From contig CAYHQN010000007.1 of assembly GCA_964358545.1 (NCBI GenBank), positions 3,148 through 67,147 of the forward strand: a DNA stretch of 64,000 bases, read 5' to 3'. Positions 37,982-47,624 of the stretch are shown here, piece by piece. Origin of the DNA: an uncultured Tangfeifania sp. (GTDB lineage Bacteria; Bacteroidota; Bacteroidia; Bacteroidales; Prolixibacteraceae). Every line of letters begins with the position of its first letter. The stretch's first letter is position 1. A program made the translations under genes and the position numbers. The notes under the pieces are model-generated. The model worked only from the letters and a program-made list of their open reading frames with translations, made no database searches and was not told where the DNA came from.

Positions 37982-38506
37982 ATGACTGATTTCGAAAGTA
38001 TATTCCGAAAATATCATCATCAGCTTTTTCTATATACCCTAAAATTCATTGAGGATGAGAATGAAGCGCTTGATCTTGTTCAGGATATTTTTATTGCCGT
38101 ATGGAAGAAGGGTATTTTTTTGGATAATGTGGAGCAGATCAAAGCTTATTTGTTTGTATCAGTTAAAAACAGCTGCCTCAATTACCTTAATCATCAGAAA
38201 GTTGTCAGTAAATTTAAACATTATGAGACCCAGCAACTAAAAGAAATGGAAGCTGCCTACTATGCTTCGGGTGAAATATCCTTAATCGAGCAGGAAGAGG
38301 TAAAACGCATTGAAGATGTTGTCGCTTCGATGCCTGATATTTACAAAGAAGTGATCGTTTTAAGTCGGTTTGAAGGACTAAAAAACAGTGAAATTGCCAA
38401 AAAGCTCAATATTCCGCTTCGTACTGTAGAAACCCGTATTTTCAGGGCGCTTCTCATCCTTAAAGAACAGCTCAAAAGCAGAGTCCTGTTGTACCCAATA
38501 CCCTAA
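37982..38506 (+). CDS. ECF-type RNA polymerase sigma-70 factor
   Basis: Region 2 is 'DENEALDLVQDIFIAVW' and region 4 is 'LSRFEGLKNSEIAKKLNIPLRTVETRIFRAL'. I place the start at the ATG at 37982 ('MTDFESIFRKYHH'), because the upstream 54 codons of the track ORF look non-coding. No anti-sigma or SusC-like gene follows. Confidence 0.75.
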   Translation: MTDFESIFRKYHHQLFLYTLKFIEDENEALDLVQDIFIAVWKKGIFLDNVEQIKAYLFVSVKNSCLNYLNHQKVVSKFKHYETQQLKEMEAAYYASGEISLIEQEEVKRIEDVVASMPDIYKEVIVLSRFEGLKNSEIAKKLNIPLRTVETRIFRALLILKEQLKSRVLLYPIP

Positions 38507-38508
38507 CT

Positions 38509-38597
38509 AAAAAGGAGGCTAAGCAGGGCTGGAAGCTTTTGTTTGATGGCCTGAATCCATCCCAGTGGCGTAGTGCCAATAAAGCTGAATTCCAGTT
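38509..38597 (+). pseudogene. N-terminal fragment of a DUF1080-like gene, truncated by a repeat block
   Basis: Frame 1 reads 'KKEAKQGWKLLFDGLNPSQWRSANKAEFQ', which resembles the usual DUF1080 opening ('GW..LFDGK.L..W'). The reading then runs straight into the TTTCACATTT repeats. Confidence 0.3.
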
Positions 38598-38633
38598 ATT
38601 TTCACATTTTCACATTTCCCAATTTTCACATTT
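38598..38633. repeat. TTTCACATTT low-complexity repeat block (copy 1)
   Basis: The sequence is 'ttttcacattttcacatttcccaattttcacattt'. A 20-nt core 'attttcacattttcacattt' recurs exactly at 39473..39492. Confidence 0.7.
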
Positions 38634-38637
38634 ATAT

Positions 38638-39180
38638 TTACTTTCCCTCAATCCATTTGATAATCTTCTCTTCATCAGGAAGTTCCTTTGGAAAGGCAAC
38701 ATCTGCCAGCTGTCCATGTTCGTTGATCAGGAACTTTTGAAAATTCCATTGCACAGGGGCGTCAATGACTCCATTCTGCGCTTTGCTGGTCAACCAGGTA
38801 TAAAGGGGGTCAATGTCAGCGCCTTTGACTGAAATCTTTGACATCATTGGGAAGGTGACGCCATAATTTTGGGTGCAGAAGGTCTTAATCTCCGCGTTGG
38901 TGCCGGGTTCCTGAGAGGCAAAATTATTGGCAGGAAAACCGATGATAACAAAATTTTTGTCTTTGTATTTTTCGTAAAGCTTCTCAAGCATTGCATATTG
39001 AGGTGTCAATCCGCATTTGGATGCCGTATTGACCACCATAATTTTCTTACCCTTCAGCGAGGATAAATCGAAATTTTGACCATCCAGCGTGGTGGCCTTG
39101 AAATTGTACAAAACCTTGTTTTGTGCAGACAAACCGGCTACTGAGAGTACCATGGCAAGTGCGATAATTATCTTTTTCAT
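38638..39180 (-). CDS. gpx: Glutathione peroxidase
   Basis: 'VVNTASKCGLTPQY' holds the active-site Cys, and 'GFPANNFASQEPG' and 'WNFQKFLI' are canonical GPx blocks. I place the start at 'MKKIIIALAMVLSVAGLSAQ' (39180) rather than the track start at 39213. Confidence 0.85.
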   Translation of the reverse strand: MKKIIIALAMVLSVAGLSAQNKVLYNFKATTLDGQNFDLSSLKGKKIMVVNTASKCGLTPQYAMLEKLYEKYKDKNFVIIGFPANNFASQEPGTNAEIKTFCTQNYGVTFPMMSKISVKGADIDPLYTWLTSKAQNGVIDAPVQWNFQKFLINEHGQLADVAFPKELPDEEKIIKWIEGK

Positions 39181-39268
39181 TTTTATCAAATTTTGAAATT
39201 GTAATAATATCAATTTATACGGTTAATCTGAAATGTTGTTTCCAATGCCCAATTTTTATATTGTCCCG

Positions 39269-39320
39269 CCATTCCGTCCGAAATTAACTTATCAGCAATT
39301 TTTTGCATGCTACCGCGGAC
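39269..39320. repeat. Bipartite conserved element, copy 1 (CCATTCCGTCCGAAA - 23 nt - ATGCTACCGCGGAC)
   Basis: Both half-motifs recur exactly at 58008..58058 with a 22-nt spacer. Similarity extends about 20 nt further on the gene-proximal side. It lies upstream of the minus-strand gpx start. Confidence 0.6.
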
Positions 39321-39468
39321 GGCTGTTTAATCATCATTTCCAACCCGGGGTGTCGCTCCTTCGTCGCTTTACCCCGGGCTACAATACTATAACCGCTACG
39401 CGGTAGGATTCGAGAAGGATCCACATGGTGGTCAGGAAATTTTAGAATTGTGCAACTGCCAATTTTCA

Positions 39469-39600
39469 CATTTTCACATTTTCCAATTTCCACATTATTT
39501 CCCCAATCAACTTCGCTCAGGGATCGGTGTTTGACTCGTCCCAGTCGTCCCCTCGTCTCATTTTCACATTTCCACATTTCCCAATTTCCCCTGGTTGATA
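39469..39600. repeat. TTTCACATTT low-complexity repeat blocks (copies 2 and 3) with a G+C-richer spacer
   Basis: 39469..39515 reads 'ccaattttcacattttcacattttccaatttccacatt..' and 39569..39600 reads 'cattttcacatttccacatttcccaatttcccc'. They are in the same orientation as copy 1. Confidence 0.7.
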
Positions 39601-39672
39601 ACTTCTTCCTTCCTCCGGTTTGGAACATCCATTTTTCTCTTATTTTTGGAGTTCGTTAAGTGAAAAGATTGC

Positions 39673-40797
39673 ATGGAACATTACATCGTATCAGCCCGCA
39701 AATATCGCCCCGATACCTTCACAACAGTGGTAGGTCAACCTTCCATTACCTCTACGCTGAAGAATGCAATCAGGAGCAACCACCTGGCCCATGCTTATCT
39801 GTTTTGCGGTCCGAGGGGAGTTGGAAAGACAACCTCTGCCCGGATTTTTGCCAAGACAATCAACTGTCTGAATCTGACTGCCGATACTGAGCCCTGCCAA
39901 CAGTGTGAATCATGCATCTCTTTTGGTGAAAACCGTTCTTACAACATCCACGAGTTAGATGCTGCCTCCAACAATTCGGTAGAAGACATTCGTTCCCTGG
40001 TCGACAAAGTAAGGATACCTCCTCAAATTGGGAAGTACAGCGTCTACATCATCGATGAGGTCCACATGCTATCTTCCCAGGCCTTCAATGCGTTCCTTAA
40101 GACTCTGGAAGAACCGCCGGCGCATGCCATATTTATCCTTGCAACGACCGAGAAACAGAAAATCATCCCTACCATCCTCTCAAGGTGCCAGATCTATGAT
40201 TTCAACCGGATCAGTATCTCTGATATTGAGAAACATCTGCTGGAGGTGGCCGGAAAAGAGAAGGTAACCATAGAGGCTGAAGCGCTGAACGTCATCGCAC
40301 AGAAAGCCGATGGCGCAATGCGTGATGCGCTTTCTATCTTCGATCAGGTAGTAAGTTTTTGTGGCGACACTGTTACTTACCAGGATACGATTGCCAATCT
40401 TAACGTTCTCGACTACGATTACTACTTCAAATTGACTGAAGGATTTATCAAGGGGGATGTTTCCGGCAACCTGATGATATTTAATGAGATATTGTCAAAG
40501 GGATTTAATGCCCACCATTTTATTATTGGCTTGTCCCAGCATTTCCGTGATCTGCTGATCAGCCGCGACGCTGTAACGTTGCCATTGCTGGAAGTAGGAG
40601 GGGAGATCAAGGAGCGCTACAGAAAACAGGCATCACAATGCTCTGAGGATTTTTTAACCGCCGCACTGATCCTGGCTTCCGATTGCGACATACAGTACAA
40701 AAGCTCGTCTAACCAACGTTTTCTCGTTGAATTGGCCCTAATCAGAAGTGCGCAGCTCATTGAGCAATTAAAAAAAAAACAGTTGACGAATCAATAG
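39673..40797 (+). CDS. dnaX: DNA polymerase III subunit gamma/tau, N-terminal (clamp-loader AAA+) portion, terminating just after an A10 run
   Basis: It has 'ARKYRPDTFTTVVGQ', the Walker A 'GPRGVGKTT', the zinc module 'CQQCESC', the Walker B 'IIDEVHML' and the sensor 'TILSRC'. The ORF ends 'LKKKQLTNQ*', six codons after A10 at 40770..40779. Confidence 0.9.
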   Translation: MEHYIVSARKYRPDTFTTVVGQPSITSTLKNAIRSNHLAHAYLFCGPRGVGKTTSARIFAKTINCLNLTADTEPCQQCESCISFGENRSYNIHELDAASNNSVEDIRSLVDKVRIPPQIGKYSVYIIDEVHMLSSQAFNAFLKTLEEPPAHAIFILATTEKQKIIPTILSRCQIYDFNRISISDIEKHLLEVAGKEKVTIEAEALNVIAQKADGAMRDALSIFDQVVSFCGDTVTYQDTIANLNVLDYDYYFKLTEGFIKGDVSGNLMIFNEILSKGFNAHHFIIGLSQHFRDLLISRDAVTLPLLEVGGEIKERYRKQASQCSEDFLTAALILASDCDIQYKSSSNQRFLVELALIRSAQLIEQLKKKQLTNQ

Positions 40798-40811
40798 CCT
40801 GTCTCTATTTA

Positions 40812-41453
40812 TTGCCACTTTTTGATTCTCCGGGTGCACCTGTAACCCCGGCAAAAGAGGCTGTACTCCCTGTTAAATCAGTTGAACCGGTAAAATCTGT
40901 AGAAACAGATCCACTGGTAATAAATCCACAAAACGACAGGCTAACTGACAAGGAGCCACGAAACAGGAATAAGCATACCGAAAATCTCGCAACTCCATCT
41001 ATTTCCGGCATGCTCAATGGCGGTAAACTATCAGGTGTATCAGAGCCTGCTGCAGATCGCCTGAAAGCCGGGACAAATCCCAAAGAGCAACCATATGATG
41101 CATCCCAACTCATTGAGGCATGGAAAAAATTTGCAGAAAGTGTTGATGCAGCTCAGCTTAGATCGGCCCTTTCTGTCAGGGAGCCTATATTCACCGAGGA
41201 TTTTAATATTGTTTACAATCTGGATAATGAAGTTCAGCGTCAGCGAATTACATTGGATTTGAAACCCAAATTGTTGGCACATTTGCATGCTGCCCTGCAC
41301 AATGAAAAGATAACCGTAGAATTCAATGTGACAGAAAACAAGGAGGAGATCCAGAACAGGCCATATACCAACCAGGAAAAATTCAATGTACTGTCGGCCA
41401 AGTATCCTTTACTTGGCAGTATGAAACAAAAATTTGGACTGGATTTTGAATAA
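40812..41453 (+). CDS. dnaX: DNA polymerase III tau C-terminal region, in the -1 frame relative to the upstream dnaX ORF
   Basis: This frame is open from 40764, so it overlaps the A10 run. It has no convincing start of its own (the track uses TTG). A Pro/Val/Lys-rich linker followed by a conserved-looking C-terminal domain is the expected tail of a full-length tau of about 590 aa. Confidence 0.7.
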   Translation: MPLFDSPGAPVTPAKEAVLPVKSVEPVKSVETDPLVINPQNDRLTDKEPRNRNKHTENLATPSISGMLNGGKLSGVSEPAADRLKAGTNPKEQPYDASQLIEAWKKFAESVDAAQLRSALSVREPIFTEDFNIVYNLDNEVQRQRITLDLKPKLLAHLHAALHNEKITVEFNVTENKEEIQNRPYTNQEKFNVLSAKYPLLGSMKQKFGLDFE

Positions 41454-41562
41454 GATGTCCATAATAGCGTTTTCGGAGATGTATACCTTGTTACTCAACC
41501 ATTATTTTGTACTTTTAGCGCTCCAAAATAGATAGTAAGAATTACTCAAAATAGAATAGCAA

Positions 41563-42789
41563 ATGCAGAAAATTAAAGTATTAAACCCTGTTGTAGAGCT
41601 TGATGGGGATGAGATGACCAGAATAATCTGGAAAATGATCAGAGAAAAGCTGATTCTTCCTTTCGTAGATGTTGACATCAAATATTTCGACCTCGGAATA
41701 GAACACAGGGATCAAACCGATGATCAGGTAACCATTGATGCAGCCAATGCCATCAAAAAATACAATGTCGGCATCAAATGTGCGACCATCACCCCGGATG
41801 AGGCACGTGTCAAAGAGTTTGGGCTTAAAAAAATGTGGAAGTCACCCAATGGAACCATTCGTAACATCCTGGATGGCACCATTTTTCGTGAGCCAATCGT
41901 TGTAGACAATGTGCCACGTCTTGTTCCCCAATGGACCGCTCCGATTATGATTGGCAGACATGCTTTTGGTGACCAGTACAGGGCTACTGATTTTGTTGTT
42001 GATCGACCGGGCAAATTGATGCTCACCTTCAAATCGGATGATGGCACCGTTAATGAGGTCCATGATGTTTATCATTATGATGGTCCGGGAGTGGCTTTGG
42101 CCATGTACAACACGGAAGAGTCTATCCGCGGATTTGCGCATAGTTGCTTCAAGATGGCTTTGACCAAAAAATGGCCACTCTACCTCTCCACAAAAAATAC
42201 TATTTTGAAGAAGTACGACGGCTTTTTCAAAGATATCTTCGAAGAGATTTTTCTGAAAGATTACAAAAAAGATTTCGATGCAGCAGGTATCACCTATGAG
42301 CATCGTTTGATTGATGACATGGTGGCATCGGCATTGAAATGGAATGGCAATTTCATTTGGGCATGTAAAAACTATGATGGTGATGTTCAGTCAGATACTA
42401 TTGCTCAAGGCTTTGGGTCTCTTGGCTTAATGACTTCCGTATTGCTAACGCCTGATGGAGGTACCATGGAAGCGGAAGCTGCTCATGGAACTGTAACACG
42501 CCACTACCGTGAATACCAAAAGGGCCGCCCAACCTCAACCAATCCGATCGCTTCCATTTTTGCCTGGACGCGCGGACTCGATTTCAGAGGGAAACTGGAC
42601 GGAAATGAGCCTTTGCGTGATTTCGCAGCGCTGCTCGAAAAAGTTTGCATCGATACCGTAGAGTCGGGTAAGATGACAAAAGACCTTGCACTCTCCATAT
42701 ACGGCGCTAATCTAAGCAGCGACAATTACCTCACTACCGAGAAATTCATGGATGCATTGGTTGAAGAGCTTAACAAGAGGATGAATTGA
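41563..42789 (+). CDS. icd: NADP-dependent isocitrate dehydrogenase (eukaryote-like homodimeric type)
   Basis: 408 aa. It has '[14 protein letters not shown]', 'CATITPDE', '[10 protein letters not shown]'-like '[11 protein letters not shown]' and '[12 protein letters not shown]'. Confidence 0.9.
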   Translation: MQKIKVLNPVVELDGDEMTRIIWKMIREKLILPFVDVDIKYFDLGIEHRDQTDDQVTIDAANAIKKYNVGIKCATITPDEARVKEFGLKKMWKSPNGTIRNILDGTIFREPIVVDNVPRLVPQWTAPIMIGRHAFGDQYRATDFVVDRPGKLMLTFKSDDGTVNEVHDVYHYDGPGVALAMYNTEESIRGFAHSCFKMALTKKWPLYLSTKNTILKKYDGFFKDIFEEIFLKDYKKDFDAAGITYEHRLIDDMVASALKWNGNFIWACKNYDGDVQSDTIAQGFGSLGLMTSVLLTPDGGTMEAEAAHGTVTRHYREYQKGRPTSTNPIASIFAWTRGLDFRGKLDGNEPLRDFAALLEKVCIDTVESGKMTKDLALSIYGANLSSDNYLTTEKFMDALVEELNKRMN

Positions 42790-42823
42790 CCAATTTGTTG
42801 AACTACAATTTAAAATTTGAGCC

Positions 42824-43339
42824 ATGTTAAAAAAGACGATAGAAAATGCACTAAATCAGCAAATTAATGCTGAGTTTCATTCCGCATATCTTTATTTATC
42901 CATGTCTTCATACCTCCAGTCGATAGGCATGGCCGGATGCGCAAACTGGATGAAGGTGCAATACCAGGAAGAGTTGGCACATGCTACCCATTTCTTTGAC
43001 TACGTACTTGAACGCGGAGGACGCGTTGAATTGTCTCCGATTGGAGATGTTATCGTCAATTTTAAAAATGTGCTTGATGTCTTTGAAGAGACTTTGACAC
43101 ACGAAGTCCAGGTAACTGGTTTGATTAATAACTTGATGGATATCTGTATCAAAGAAAGTGACCATGCCTCCAAAAGTTTCTTGCAATGGTTTGTTGATGA
43201 GCAAGTTGAAGAGGAATCCAGTGTGGAACAGATACTCAATAACCTGAAACTGATCAATGGAGAAGGCCAGGGATTGTTGATGATGGATCGCGAAATGCAG
43301 ACCAGGGTCTTTGTCAATCCATTTCCTGCCAAGGCATAA
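42824..43339 (+). CDS. Non-haem ferritin
   Basis: 171 aa. It has 'LNQQINAEFHSAYLYLSMSSY', 'QEELAHA' and 'FLQWFVDEQVEEE' ferroxidase-centre helices. Confidence 0.85.
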   Translation: MLKKTIENALNQQINAEFHSAYLYLSMSSYLQSIGMAGCANWMKVQYQEELAHATHFFDYVLERGGRVELSPIGDVIVNFKNVLDVFEETLTHEVQVTGLINNLMDICIKESDHASKSFLQWFVDEQVEEESSVEQILNNLKLINGEGQGLLMMDREMQTRVFVNPFPAKA

Positions 43340-43450
43340 AAATCTTGATTAAGATCACTGGTCCCTGAGATTTCATTCGTTGCAACATTTCAATTACCTT
43401 TGTGGGTGCATTGAAAAAGAAATAATTTAGAAACACACCATACCATTGAT

Positions 43451-46400
43451 ATGTCTATTATTGGAAATTTTTTAAAAGGTCTATTGGGCAACAAATCAGA
43501 CAGGGATATTAAGGAAGTTATGCCTGTCATTACCCTGATCAAAGAAGAATACAGTCGGATCACAGGGTTTAGCAATGATGAGTTGCGTGCTGAAACGGTG
43601 CGGATCAAAAAGATTGTAACTGATTACATCAAGGCTGAAGAGGATGAGATTGTTGCTTTAAAAGAACGTGCCGAGAGCGGTGAAATTCCTATTGAAGAGG
43701 GCGAGAAATTATACGATCAAGTTGATAAACTCGAAGAGATCATCACCAAAAAAATTGAAGAGGTACTCAAAACTATTCTTCCGATTGCCTTCGCGATCGT
43801 GAAAGATACGGCCCGCCGCTTTTTCGAAAATAGCGAAATCGTTGTATCTGTTTCAGATTTTGATCGTGAACTTGCTGCCACAAAGGATTTTGTAACCATT
43901 GACGGAGATAAGGCCATCTTCAAAAACAGCTGGATTGCCGGTGGAACCCTCCAGACCTGGAACATGGTCCACTACGATGTTCAGTTGATCGGAGGATATG
44001 TTTTGCATACAGGTAAAATCTCGGAGATGGCAACCGGTGAGGGAAAAACACTGGTGGCAACCCTTCCGGTATTTCTAAACGCGCTTGCCGGTCGTGGTGT
44101 TCACATTGTGACGGTCAACGACTACCTGGCCAAACGTGACTCGGAGTGGATGGGACCGATCTATGAGTTTCATGGTATTTCGGTAGACTGTATCGACAAG
44201 CACCAACCAAACTCTGTTGAACGTAGAAAAGCATACAATGCCGATATTACCTTTGGCACAAATAACGAATTTGGATTTGATTACCTCCGTGACAATATGG
44301 CAACTGAACCTGCCGATTTGGTGCAGCGCAAACACCATTATGCCATCGTGGATGAGGTCGACTCCGTATTGATCGATGATGCACGTACGCCTTTGATCAT
44401 CTCCGGTCCGGTTCCTAAAGGTGAAAATCAGCTTTTTGATGTACTTAAATCTCCCATCGAACAGTTGGTGAAAACGCAAAGGGAGTTGGTGAACCAACTT
44501 CTGGTGGAAGCCAAGAAGAAAATTAACTCCAGTAACAGGGATGAGGCTGAAGAGGGTGCTATGGCGCTGCTTCGTGCTTACAAAGGGTTGCCCAAATACA
44601 AGCCAACCATCCGTTTTATGAGTGAGGAGGGAAACAAGGCCAAGATGTTAAAAGTAGAGAACTTCTACATGCAGGACAACAGCAAAAACATGCACATTGT
44701 CACTGATGACCTCTATTTTATCATCGAAGAGAAACAAAATTCCGTTGAGCTTACCGACAAAGGTATTGACATTCTTTCGCACAATAACTCGGATTCAAGC
44801 TTCTTTATTCTACCGGATGTAGGTGCAAATATTGCTGATATACAGAATGATAAAAATCTTTCGGATGCTGATAAAGTCGAAAGGAAGGATCTTTTGATGC
44901 AGGACTATGCCATCAAGTCTGAAAGGGTACACACCGTTAATCAATTGCTGAAGGCATACACCATGTTCGAAAAAGACATAGAATATGTGGTGATTGAAAA
45001 CAAGGTTAAAATTGTAGACGAGCAGACAGGCCGTATCATGGAAGGGCGTCGCTATTCGGATGGATTGCACCAGGCGATAGAAGCCAAGGAAAAGGTCGTA
45101 GTAGAAGCTGCCACCCAGACCTTTGCTACCATCACGCTGCAAAACTACTTCAGAATGTACCACAAACTTGCCGGTATGACCGGTACCGCTGAGACAGAGG
45201 CGGGTGAGTTGTGGGATATCTACAAGTTGGAAGTGGTTGTGGTACCTACCAATCAGCCAATTTCGAGAAAAGATTACGAGGATCTGGTTTACAAGAGCAA
45301 AAATGAAAAATACAAGGCAATCATTGAAGAGATTGTACGTCTGAACAAGATTGGCCGACCGATGCTGGTAGGTACAACTTCTGTCGAAATTTCAGAGTTG
45401 CTTAGCAGGATGTTGCAAATGAGGGGCATCAAGCACCAGGTTTTGAATGCCAAATTGCACCAGCGTGAAGCTGATATCGTGGCCGAAGCGGGTAAACTTG
45501 GAACTGTCACCATTGCTACCAACATGGCAGGCCGTGGTACCGACATCAAATTGACACCTGAAACGCGTGCCCTTGGTGGTCTTGCTATCATTGGTACTGA
45601 GAGGCACGACTCCCGACGCGTCGACCGCCAGTTGCGTGGTCGTGCCGGTCGTCAGGGGGATCCGGGAACTTCACAATTTTTCGTTTCCCTGGAGGATGAC
45701 CTGATGCGTCTATTCTCTTCCGATCGTATTGTCGGAATCATGGACCGTCTTGGATTGAAGGAGGGAGAGGTCATCCAGCACTCAATGATCTCCAAATCTA
45801 TCGAACGTGCCCAGAAAAAAGTAGAGGAGAACAACTTTGGCATTCGTAAGCGTTTGCTGGAATACGACGACGTGATGAACTCCCAGCGTGAAGTCATATA
45901 CAAGAAAAGACGTCATGCCCTCTTTGGAGAACGGATTGACGTAGATATTTTGAACATGATCTTCGACATGGGCGAACTGGTCAGTCAGGAACATCAGCCA
46001 AATGGCAAGGAAGGATTCGAAGATTTCCGCCTCGATCTGATCAAAGCGCTATCACTTGATTCTCCGGTGGATGAAGAGGAATTTTCCGAGATCAATGTCG
46101 ACGAGCTTACAGACAAAATTTACCACGCTTCCATCGGGAATTTCACCAGAAAATCGCAGGCTATCTCTCGTCAGGCCTGGCCGGTCGTTAAAAATATTTA
46201 TGAGACCAAGTCGCATATCTACAACAACATAGTTGTGCCTATTACTGATGGGCACCGCCTTTTTAACATCGTCACGAACCTTGAAAAGGCCTACAAAACG
46301 CAGGGTCTTGATCTGGTGAAATCGTACGAAAAACAGGTTATTCTCGCCACAATAGATGAGCATTGGAAAGAGAATCTCAGAGAACTGGACGAGTTGAGAA

Positions 46401-46759
46401 CTTCGGTACAGAATGCCTCGTATGAACAAAAAGATCCGCTCCTTATCTACAAGCTGGAATCATTTAACCTGTTCAAGGCCATGATGGAGCAGATCAACAG
46501 GGGAGTGGTATCCACACTGATGAAAGGACAGATTCCGATCAGTGAGGCTGATGAGGTGAAAGAGGCCCCAATTGCCAGACGTGCGCATGATCGTTCACAA
46601 TACCGTGAAGAGAAGATGGATGCATCAAATCATCCGGGAGAGCACCAGGAAGGGCATAAAGCGCCTCAGCCGATCCGACATGCACCAAAAGTCGGTCGAA
46701 ATGAGCCTTGTCCATGCGGTAGTGGTAAGAAATTCAAAAATTGCCACGGACACGAATGA
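43451..46759 (+). CDS. secA: Preprotein translocase ATPase SecA
   Basis: 1102 aa. It has '[14 protein letters not shown]', '[20 protein letters not shown]', '[12 protein letters not shown]' and the C-terminal zinc finger '[14 protein letters not shown]'. Confidence 0.95.
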   Translation: MSIIGNFLKGLLGNKSDRDIKEVMPVITLIKEEYSRITGFSNDELRAETVRIKKIVTDYIKAEEDEIVALKERAESGEIPIEEGEKLYDQVDKLEEIITKKIEEVLKTILPIAFAIVKDTARRFFENSEIVVSVSDFDRELAATKDFVTIDGDKAIFKNSWIAGGTLQTWNMVHYDVQLIGGYVLHTGKISEMATGEGKTLVATLPVFLNALAGRGVHIVTVNDYLAKRDSEWMGPIYEFHGISVDCIDKHQPNSVERRKAYNADITFGTNNEFGFDYLRDNMATEPADLVQRKHHYAIVDEVDSVLIDDARTPLIISGPVPKGENQLFDVLKSPIEQLVKTQRELVNQLLVEAKKKINSSNRDEAEEGAMALLRAYKGLPKYKPTIRFMSEEGNKAKMLKVENFYMQDNSKNMHIVTDDLYFIIEEKQNSVELTDKGIDILSHNNSDSSFFILPDVGANIADIQNDKNLSDADKVERKDLLMQDYAIKSERVHTVNQLLKAYTMFEKDIEYVVIENKVKIVDEQTGRIMEGRRYSDGLHQAIEAKEKVVVEAATQTFATITLQNYFRMYHKLAGMTGTAETEAGELWDIYKLEVVVVPTNQPISRKDYEDLVYKSKNEKYKAIIEEIVRLNKIGRPMLVGTTSVEISELLSRMLQMRGIKHQVLNAKLHQREADIVAEAGKLGTVTIATNMAGRGTDIKLTPETRALGGLAIIGTERHDSRRVDRQLRGRAGRQGDPGTSQFFVSLEDDLMRLFSSDRIVGIMDRLGLKEGEVIQHSMISKSIERAQKKVEENNFGIRKRLLEYDDVMNSQREVIYKKRRHALFGERIDVDILNMIFDMGELVSQEHQPNGKEGFEDFRLDLIKALSLDSPVDEEEFSEINVDELTDKIYHASIGNFTRKSQAISRQAWPVVKNIYETKSHIYNNIVVPITDGHRLFNIVTNLEKAYKTQGLDLVKSYEKQVILATIDEHWKENLRELDELRTSVQNASYEQKDPLLIYKLESFNLFKAMMEQINRGVVSTLMKGQIPISEADEVKEAPIARRAHDRSQYREEKMDASNHPGEHQEGHKAPQPIRHAPKVGRNEPCPCGSGKKFKNCHGHE

Positions 46760-46771
46760 AATTAAAAATTC

Positions 46772-47623
46772 ATGATAATGAGCACTTTATTGTCCATTCA
46801 TTGGAATGTTAGTCCGGAACTTTTTAGTCTGGGACCTATCTCAGTCCGTTGGTACGGTTTGATGTTTGCAATGGGCTTTTTGATTGGCTATCAGATTATG
46901 TTCAAAATGTTCAAGTTTGAGTCATCCGATACCGATTGGCTGGATAAGTTATTTATTTACACTATTGTAGCAACAATCGTGGGTGCCCGGCTTGGTCATG
47001 TATTCTTCTATGGATGGAGTTATTACTCACAACATCTTCTCGAGATTGTTCTGCCGATTACAAAAGGTGAGACCGGCTATAAATTTGTAGGATATCAGGG
47101 TTTAGCCAGTCATGGGGGAGCTTTGGGTATCGTTTTAGCTATTTACTTCTATTCGAAGAAGGTGACCAAGCGATCGATGCTTTGGACGCTTGATCGCCTG
47201 ATTATTCCGACAGCCCTGGTGGGAGCCATGATCCGTACCGGAAATCTAATGAACTCAGAGATCTACGGAGTTGCTACCAACCTGCCATGGGGATTTATTT
47301 TTGAACGTAACCACGAAGTTGTAGCCAAACATCCTACCCAGATTTATGAGGCGCTTGGTTATCTTATAGTTTTTGCCACTTCCTTGTGGATGTTCTTCAA
47401 AATCAAAGATCTGAAAGACCGCGAAGGATTTATCCTTGGTTATGGTTTTGCAGGAATTTTCCTGACCCGTTTTCTTGTTGAGTTTATCAAGGAAAACCAG
47501 GAGGCCTTTGAAGCCGGTATGGCACTGAATATGGGCCAAATTTTAAGTATACCATTTGTTTTGGCGGGTTGCTACTTAATGTACCGCGCCCTCAAGAACC
47601 CTCCGGTAAAATACAAGCGCTGA
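46772..47623 (+). CDS. lgt: Prolipoprotein diacylglyceryl transferase
   Basis: This is a polytopic membrane protein. It has 'GPISVRWYGLMFAMGFLIGY', 'GARLGHV' and 'HPTQIYE'. Confidence 0.85.
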   Translation: MIMSTLLSIHWNVSPELFSLGPISVRWYGLMFAMGFLIGYQIMFKMFKFESSDTDWLDKLFIYTIVATIVGARLGHVFFYGWSYYSQHLLEIVLPITKGETGYKFVGYQGLASHGGALGIVLAIYFYSKKVTKRSMLWTLDRLIIPTALVGAMIRTGNLMNSEIYGVATNLPWGFIFERNHEVVAKHPTQIYEALGYLIVFATSLWMFFKIKDLKDREGFILGYGFAGIFLTRFLVEFIKENQEAFEAGMALNMGQILSIPFVLAGCYLMYRALKNPPVKYKR

Positions 47624-47624
47624 A

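Noticed and set aside
39284-39659. ORFs 39284..39628 (-) and 39450..39659 (+)
   Set aside because: They are translations of the TTTCACATTT repeats and the G+C hairpin element ('WEMWKCEN', 'GKCENVKIG', 'FSHFHISQF'). They are low-complexity with no coding signal.
39214-39672. SRP (4.5S/ffs) RNA, which often lies immediately upstream of dnaX in bacteria
   Set aside because: I read both strands and found no domain IV signature (GNRA tetraloop flanked by the conserved AGG..GGAAG..AGCAGCC-type asymmetric loops). The hairpins present belong to repeat elements shared with another locus. An Infernal scan would settle it.
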